Source: a virus
Taxonomy: Duplodnaviria; Caudoviricetes
Length of the DNA: 29,275 nucleotides
Reading direction: 5' to 3' (one strand)
IMG/VR virus record: IMGVR_UViG_3300044512_000484
Coordinates: 1 to 29,275 of that record
In this document: positions 23,975 to 29,275 of the stretch, one piece after another
Layout: every line of letters begins with the position of its first letter
Position numbering within the stretch: the first letter of the stretch is position 1
Program-made: the position numbers and the translations under genes
Notes under the pieces: generated by a model
Databases searched by the model: none
The model's input: only the letters and a program-made list of their open reading frames with translations
Told to the model about the DNA's origin: nothing

Positions 23975-26065
23975 TCAACCACCCATACTTTGAGTGTTAA
24001 CATCGCCCATAGCAGCAGGAGTAGTCCCAACGCGGCCAATTTGCGCGTTCTGCGCTTGCTGCTGCTGGAAGGTATATTGACCAGCATACTTCTGAATACG
24101 CGCTGAAAACGCTTCATCATTTTGTAGACGTTCAGCAACGTCGGGCTGCTGGGCGTATTGTTGGATGACTTGCAATGCAATTTGAGCACCATTTGGTCTA
24201 GCAGGCATTTCAATACCTGCAAAGATTTTAGTTAGGTCATCGGTAACAAACTTCACAATTTGCTGCTGGGCCTCTTCTACGGGCTGCAATACGGCGTCTG
24301 CTGCAATAGGATCAATAGCATTTGCCGCAATATCAATAAGCGCGTCTGGGTTAATCCGCCCATTCCGGTCAAGCTGAATCAAGCTAACAAGCTGATTAAG
24401 TTTTGACTCTTGAGTTTCGGGGTCAGCATTAAGCACGTCGTAGCCAATCACAATGTCGTAGTTCTCATCAGGATCACCCTTATCAAACTCCATGGGGTCA
24501 ACAACTCCGGTGACACGGAAAAACACTTGGTCTGGCCCAAACCGTTGGTAGCACTTAAAGGACATTTTAATTACCTCTTGGACATGAGCCAAAAACTTGT
24601 CCAAAATAAACTGCCGCTTAGTGGCAGATGCTGGGTCGGCCTGACCAAGACCAACCAACTCATCAGCAACCTTTAGAAGCGTTTGCTCCATCTCCATAGA
24701 GCCTGGGTTGTATTGTGGCTGTGGGCCAAACTGAAACTCTCCACCACGGCGATATGGAACAAATCGGCCAGGGCCCCAGTCGCTAGGAGCATTGCCAACG
24801 GGGTGCATAATCGGCGGCATCGTAGCCATTGAGTTGCGATCAATGCGGCTGTCCCGCTCAATCTTCACCTGCCACTGAATGCCACGCAGAACGTCGGCCA
24901 TGCTCTGGACATCATAAAGACGCTTAGACGCTTCGCTAATACGAGTGACTACCACGGGATAATCCTCGTAGCCGTTCATCAATTCAAACTTAGCGTAAGG
25001 CTTTGTTTCTTCAATTTTAGACGAAAGCTCACGATGGAACACCGTGCAGTAGATGCCTTCAGAGTTATCAATTGGGTCAATCAACCGCTGATAGCCATAA
25101 ATAACCTCAATCAGCTCCTCTGCGTTGTAGCCCATGTCGTCCCACAACGCAGAGCTGCGATGGGTGTTGTCATTGCCAATAGTGTCAACATTTACGCCGC
25201 GATAGTGCTCAATGACATAATCCACCCAGTCGGCATCCCAGCCTTCCGTAGACACTTTATTCTTTAGCTCCTGTGGCGTAAAGTAGGTGCGCCAAAAACA
25301 ATAAGGAGCCCGTTGCGGGTCAGTAGTGTAGGAGGGGAAAAAGAAGTCGCCATCGGGTGTCAGGGACTGAACAAGGGGGCAATCAACCTGTCTACGGCTA
25401 ACCGGAATCTCGGCCACTCCTTTTTTCCGCAAGTCCTTCAATGCTTTCTTGGCACGAGCGTCAGTTACCGAAGGATAGACGGAACGCATCATTGCAATAA
25501 GCTCGTCGTCCCCAGACCCATCCATAACCATTTCAGCAAGCTGTGGGTCAACCTGAGCTAACTGCTGAAGGTCAAGCTGTTGCAGGTAGGTGCGATCTTC
25601 TCGCTGCCATCCAACATAAGTGATAGCCATTCCGCGCTCAAGTAGGTGGTTGGCCGAGGCTTCCATTTCTTTCTTGAACCGAGGGATGTAGCTACTCACC
25701 ATCCACTTCAGGAACGAGCTAACCACTCGGGCGCGTGACATGTCCCCAAACTCTACGGGATAAGCACGAATGTTGGCCCTCACCATAGAAGAAATAAGCA
25801 ACGCTACATAGCTATTAATACGGGAATCAATAACGTGCGCCTCGGAGTCCGAGGCACCATCCCAAGGAAACGCATCAGAGCCATGCTTGCGAAGGTCTCG
25901 GTTCTTCCCAGGCCAGATGTTGTTGCGGTCGTCATAACTCTGACGGCATTGCTGAAAGTATGCTTCTAGGTCTACAAGCGTATCATCACACGCTTTTTGC
26001 AATACCATAACATTTGGCTCCTTAGAGGCAAACGTAAGAGACTTTTCTTGGCTCTTAGTGTTCAT
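23975..26065 (-). CDS. Portal protein
   Basis: 696 aa, FPWDGASD motif, Gln-rich C-terminal barrel; lies between terminase and scaffold. Confidence 0.82.
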   Translation of the reverse strand: MNTKSQEKSLTFASKEPNVMVLQKACDDTLVDLEAYFQQCRQSYDDRNNIWPGKNRDLRKHGSDAFPWDGASDSEAHVIDSRINSYVALLISSMVRANIRAYPVEFGDMSRARVVSSFLKWMVSSYIPRFKKEMEASANHLLERGMAITYVGWQREDRTYLQQLDLQQLAQVDPQLAEMVMDGSGDDELIAMMRSVYPSVTDARAKKALKDLRKKGVAEIPVSRRQVDCPLVQSLTPDGDFFFPSYTTDPQRAPYCFWRTYFTPQELKNKVSTEGWDADWVDYVIEHYRGVNVDTIGNDNTHRSSALWDDMGYNAEELIEVIYGYQRLIDPIDNSEGIYCTVFHRELSSKIEETKPYAKFELMNGYEDYPVVVTRISEASKRLYDVQSMADVLRGIQWQVKIERDSRIDRNSMATMPPIMHPVGNAPSDWGPGRFVPYRRGGEFQFGPQPQYNPGSMEMEQTLLKVADELVGLGQADPASATKRQFILDKFLAHVQEVIKMSFKCYQRFGPDQVFFRVTGVVDPMEFDKGDPDENYDIVIGYDVLNADPETQESKLNQLVSLIQLDRNGRINPDALIDIAANAIDPIAADAVLQPVEEAQQQIVKFVTDDLTKIFAGIEMPARPNGAQIALQVIQQYAQQPDVAERLQNDEAFSARIQKYAGQYTFQQQQAQNAQIGRVGTTPAAMGDVNTQSMGG

Positions 26066-26274
26066 AAAGTTTTACTATTAAATTTTTTAGAAAAAGACGA
26101 AATTGCAGTGTGGGTAAATGTGGGATGCGCCCCAATCTTTTCACAAATTACAGAAGGGGCAATTGGGTCAGGATACCCAGTAAGTTCTTGATAAAGAACC
26201 TCAAACCCAAGAAGCCTGTCTATTTGTTGGTCAACCCACTTGCTATTACAAGTTATATCCGGTAAGTGCTGCAT
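26062..26274 (-). CDS. Hypothetical protein
   Basis: Fills the gap and overlaps both neighbours. Confidence 0.55.
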   Translation of the reverse strand: MQHLPDITCNSKWVDQQIDRLLGFEVLYQELTGYPDPIAPSVICEKIGAHPTFTHTAISSFSKKFNSKTL

Positions 26275-26632
26275 GCCTGTAGGTTGTGTCCTTATTGTCG
26301 GTAATAGCGTTAATAGGAAATTTCTTACCTTTTAGCTTACCACGAAGTTTATTTGGAATAAGAACCGGACGCTTTCCGTCCACCCCGTCAATCTTTGCAT
26401 AAATCCAACGCGGGTTAGGAGCTTCGTGAACATAAGTTCCATATATTACGCTTGGAGAAAACTCTGGCAATTCAAGGGCTAAAAAGATTTTCTTAACAGC
26501 GTCTTGCGTAAACCAAGTATTCTTTCCCCTTCCGCTCCAGTCCTCATCTATAAGTTTTGTTTCCTTAATATGAAGCAGGTCGTTTACGCTGACATCAAGG
26601 TCTTTAGCTAAATTAGTAATTTTCGTTTTCAT
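26246..26632 (-). CDS. Hypothetical protein with possible N-terminal HTH
   Basis: KITNLAKDLDVSVNDLL; TAATG-coupled to TerL. Confidence 0.65.
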   Translation of the reverse strand: MKTKITNLAKDLDVSVNDLLHIKETKLIDEDWSGRGKNTWFTQDAVKKIFLALELPEFSPSVIYGTYVHEAPNPRWIYAKIDGVDGKRPVLIPNKLRGKLKGKKFPINAITDNKDTTYRHAALTGYNL

Positions 26633-28245
26633 TAATATCCTCCTTTATTAGGTCGTGTGGCTTGCAGTCCGGTTTTAGAAACATAATCAATCCCATATAC
26701 TGCCGCGTAGCGTAAGCAGTCAATTGGGTCTTTCCACGGATGGTCCCGTGTTTTCCCATCATAGTGTTGCATAGATGATATGGTGTTCTCTAGCTCGTCA
26801 GAGATGTAAAAGTGTGGGCGATTCTGGGCATCAATCGGCTTCTGCGGATTATAGGAGAGCTTGTCTTGAATAGCCTGAAGACCAGGCTCCTCGTCGATGC
26901 CTGGAGCCGGAATCATAATTAGCCCTTGGTTTTCTAGATCGCTAATGTAATCGCTTTGACCGCCGTGCTCTGCGCTGTATTTGTTGGCTCCCATGCGAGG
27001 GTCAATCAGGCGCGTCATTATTTTCTCTTGCCCCTCAAGCTCGCGTATAACCTCCGCGTAGTCACGAACCCCATAGCCCAGCCGCTGGCGACACGCCTCT
27101 CCTGCTGCCCACTTGCCGTTCTTCTCCTCTGCCCACTTGCCATACAGGATTCCCGGCCACTCACGATACACATACCAAGTGTCTGTAGCATCCACCCCAA
27201 TCCACGTAATGAACCAAGGTTTGCTGCCAGCGGGGTCAATCACCATGTAAAGGGTGCAGTCCTTCAGTTTCTCCTCCACCTCCGCGTGTGGTATAACATT
27301 CACGTCTGGGTTAAAACGAGGGAACTTGCTAGCCATTGCCGACGTAGGCACCCCATAAAGGGCCGTAAGCGCGTAATCATCGTCTCCCTTAGCCACACAC
27401 TGCTCTAGGAGGCTTTCGTAGCCGCTCCAAGGGTTGTCCTTGCTATGGAAATAGCTAATGCCTGTGTTCATCCGCTCGTTGTGCTGGACGTATGGCACCG
27501 TGCATGGCGTTGTTAGCCCCTCCTCTACGTGCTTGCTCTCTACGGTGCTGGCGGCGTTGCGGTAGTAGCGCACCGTCTCTGTCTCCCCATCCTTGGGCGT
27601 AAAGGAAATAAGCAGCTTGGCATTGTGCGTGGCGTTACGCAGCATGATGCGGTCAATCATCTCCATGCCCAGCAGGTATTCGTCTAGCCAACAACCAATG
27701 TTGTCTACTGTGGGCTCTGGGCTTCCCAACTCCATACCCTCAAGAATCGTGTCGTCCTGTTGGTATTGCGTGTAGGTTTTGAAAACAATCTGCGTTTTGT
27801 TAGGAAAGATGGCCTTCTTGTCGCTAAACCCGTTCTTATAGGTGTAGCTGATACTGCCATCGTTCACCTTCTTGATTCTGTATTCCGCTGGAAGCCATTC
27901 CCATACAGCGCGTTGCTGCACCAACACAGAAATCTCATGCGTCTGCGCGAAGCAGAATATCAACCCGTTAGGATTCTCTATTGCCGCCTCTACAATCTTG
28001 CGTGCAGAATAAGATGTTTTACCTGAACGATTAGCCCCAAGAAGCAGGGTGGTGCGGAAGGTGCTCAGTAGGTCGTCAGCGTATTTCCAATGCGGCAAGC
28101 TGAAGCCATACCTATAGGGATCACGCGCCGCATTCTCAATAGCCTCATGGTAGATGCGATGAAGCTCCACAAGCTCCGTAGGCTCCATCCTAGCCATCTC
28201 TTCGTCACTAGGGGGCTTTAATAGCTTATGGTCCTGCCACTTCAT
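26632..28245 (-). CDS. terL: Terminase large subunit
   Basis: Walker A GANRSGKT, Walker B CWLDE, coupling SFTP, nuclease IDPAGSKP and KDPIDCLRY. Confidence 0.93.
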   Translation of the reverse strand: MKWQDHKLLKPPSDEEMARMEPTELVELHRIYHEAIENAARDPYRYGFSLPHWKYADDLLSTFRTTLLLGANRSGKTSYSARKIVEAAIENPNGLIFCFAQTHEISVLVQQRAVWEWLPAEYRIKKVNDGSISYTYKNGFSDKKAIFPNKTQIVFKTYTQYQQDDTILEGMELGSPEPTVDNIGCWLDEYLLGMEMIDRIMLRNATHNAKLLISFTPKDGETETVRYYRNAASTVESKHVEEGLTTPCTVPYVQHNERMNTGISYFHSKDNPWSGYESLLEQCVAKGDDDYALTALYGVPTSAMASKFPRFNPDVNVIPHAEVEEKLKDCTLYMVIDPAGSKPWFITWIGVDATDTWYVYREWPGILYGKWAEEKNGKWAAGEACRQRLGYGVRDYAEVIRELEGQEKIMTRLIDPRMGANKYSAEHGGQSDYISDLENQGLIMIPAPGIDEEPGLQAIQDKLSYNPQKPIDAQNRPHFYISDELENTISSMQHYDGKTRDHPWKDPIDCLRYAAVYGIDYVSKTGLQATRPNKGGY

Positions 28246-28571
28246 TCTTTAACCATCTGATACCACTGTGCTATCAGCCACCCCATTAAATACGCCTGTA
28301 GCTCGTCATTGCACGCATCCACCTGCATCCCGCACAAATCAATAACATAATTGGCTGCGTGTAGACATTCATGCGCCACAGTCTCCTCGTCATGCTCCCC
28401 CTCAAATATAAACACATACACGTCCCCGTCCTTCAACACTGTCATGCCTGAGTCATTAACAACGTCCATTTCCTCTCCCGTAGCCCTAAGGCACGCCGCA
28501 TCGGCATCATCAGACAGATGGAAATGCACCGTGCGCTGGAATATAGGAATATCTATGGACTTAACCCTCAT
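28242..28571 (-). CDS. Zincin-like (HExxH) metalloprotein
   Basis: TVAHECLHAA followed by a downstream DELQAYL glutamate. Confidence 0.7.
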   Translation of the reverse strand: MRVKSIDIPIFQRTVHFHLSDDADAACLRATGEEMDVVNDSGMTVLKDGDVYVFIFEGEHDEETVAHECLHAANYVIDLCGMQVDACNDELQAYLMGWLIAQWYQMVKE

Positions 28572-28660
28572 TTCTTAGGACCAAAGATGCGTTTCCAGTT
28601 CTCCTCAAGATCTTCCTCTGTAATCTGCTTAGGTCGTTGTGTGTCTCCTTTACCATTCAT
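28568..28660 (-). CDS. 30-aa microprotein (not in ORF track)
   Basis: MNGKGDTQRPKQITEEDLEENWKRIFGPKK*; ATGA overlaps at both ends. Confidence 0.8.
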   Translation of the reverse strand: MNGKGDTQRPKQITEEDLEENWKRIFGPKK

Positions 28661-29145
28661 ACGTCAATAGCCTCTCCCTTTACACGCTTCTGCGCCTCCT
28701 GAATGGCCGTCATAGCATCTTCTAGGCTTGGCCCTTCCTTCCTATGCACCACCGTCACTTTGTTGCCTTCTACAGCCTGTAACGCCTTATCCTGCAAAAT
28801 AGCATACCCCGTATGCAAATCCTTCAATCCCTCCTTCTTCAATAGGTCGGAATCCTCAGCTAGCCCCTCCAGCTTCATGTTTAACAGTAGCCTGTATTTC
28901 TCCAACAACTCAAACCCATCCTTAGCCAACTCCTCCCGCCGAACCTCCAACGCATCCTTATGCCGCCCCTTCAACGAAGCAATAGCATTAAAACTAAGCC
29001 CCGTCTCTTTCTTCACCTTCCTATACCCAACCCCATCAGCCAGCATTTCTAAACACCTTACAGCCAAATCAGGCTTGCGCTTTTCCAGCATACGCTCAGA
29101 TGCCTCGCTCTCTACAACACTTTGCTTAATAGAATCTTTTGGCAC
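28657..29145 (-). CDS. Probable terminase small subunit
   Basis: N-terminal HTH (EMLADGVGYRKVKKETGLSFNAI), helical body, first gene of the packaging module; GTG start. Confidence 0.65.
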   Translation of the reverse strand: MPKDSIKQSVVESEASERMLEKRKPDLAVRCLEMLADGVGYRKVKKETGLSFNAIASLKGRHKDALEVRREELAKDGFELLEKYRLLLNMKLEGLAEDSDLLKKEGLKDLHTGYAILQDKALQAVEGNKVTVVHRKEGPSLEDAMTAIQEAQKRVKGEAIDV

Positions 29146-29275
29146 TTCCTCTACACTATACTACCTGTCAAGCTACCACCCAATGCGCCCTTTTGTATTT
29201 CTAGTGTATACCCCTAGGTGATGAATCATAACAACGCCTATTAGCGGCAACTCTTCACGTCTTAGATAAATATCC

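Noticed and set aside
23974-24222. N-terminal extension of the lysozyme with an apparent hydrophobic stretch (LAALGLLLLLWAML), suggesting a SAR or signal anchor
   Set aside because: It lies within the portal coding region in another frame; ATG 23973 directly after the portal stop is the simpler start
29156-29172. TTGACA and TATAGT upstream of TerS on the minus strand
   Set aside because: Only 5 nt apart, not a canonical -35/-10 pair; a promoter here is plausible but not supportable
28703-29221. 172-aa + strand ORF
   Set aside because: Ser-rich antisense shadow of the TerS gene
1-29275. tRNA genes, CRISPR arrays, integrase/att sites, DGR template/variable repeats, inteins, stop-codon reassignment
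   Set aside because: None seen by eye; standard-code ORFs tile the window densely and use all three stop codons

Overview
Large fragment of a tailed dsDNA bacteriophage genome with a podovirus-like gene set: no tape measure, sheath or integrase is seen. It has two converging arms. The + strand (1-5309) carries DNA-metabolism and accessory genes: an SSB-like protein, two HNH-type nucleases, a Mom-like DNA modification enzyme, a SWIM finger protein, a DUF5664-like dNTP diphosphohydrolase fusion, a DEDD/RNase H-like exonuclease and a beta-helix-like protein. The - strand (29145 down to 5330) is a near-complete morphogenesis region. It runs TerS, TerL, portal, T4-like lysozyme, scaffold, DUF5309/SU10-type major capsid and head-tail adaptor. 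It continues with an S74 tail fibre, holin-like genes, small basic proteins, tail nozzle, pectate-lyase tailspike, a GNAT-like protein and three probable ejection proteins. Notable signals: (1) a diverged duplication of the HNH gene 3' end brackets the mom gene like an insertion scar; (2) a recurring TGTTA(A/T)AAT extended -10 motif, with several -10 boxes only 5-6 nt from ATG (probable leaderless transcripts); (3) a lone counter-oriented gene with its own promoter inside the head module; (4) a CWVAREV (CFI-box-like) domain on a pilot/ejection protein; (5) a DUF5872-like protein split over two genes; (6) four small genes missing from the ORF track. All family calls come from motif recognition by eye, not database searches.
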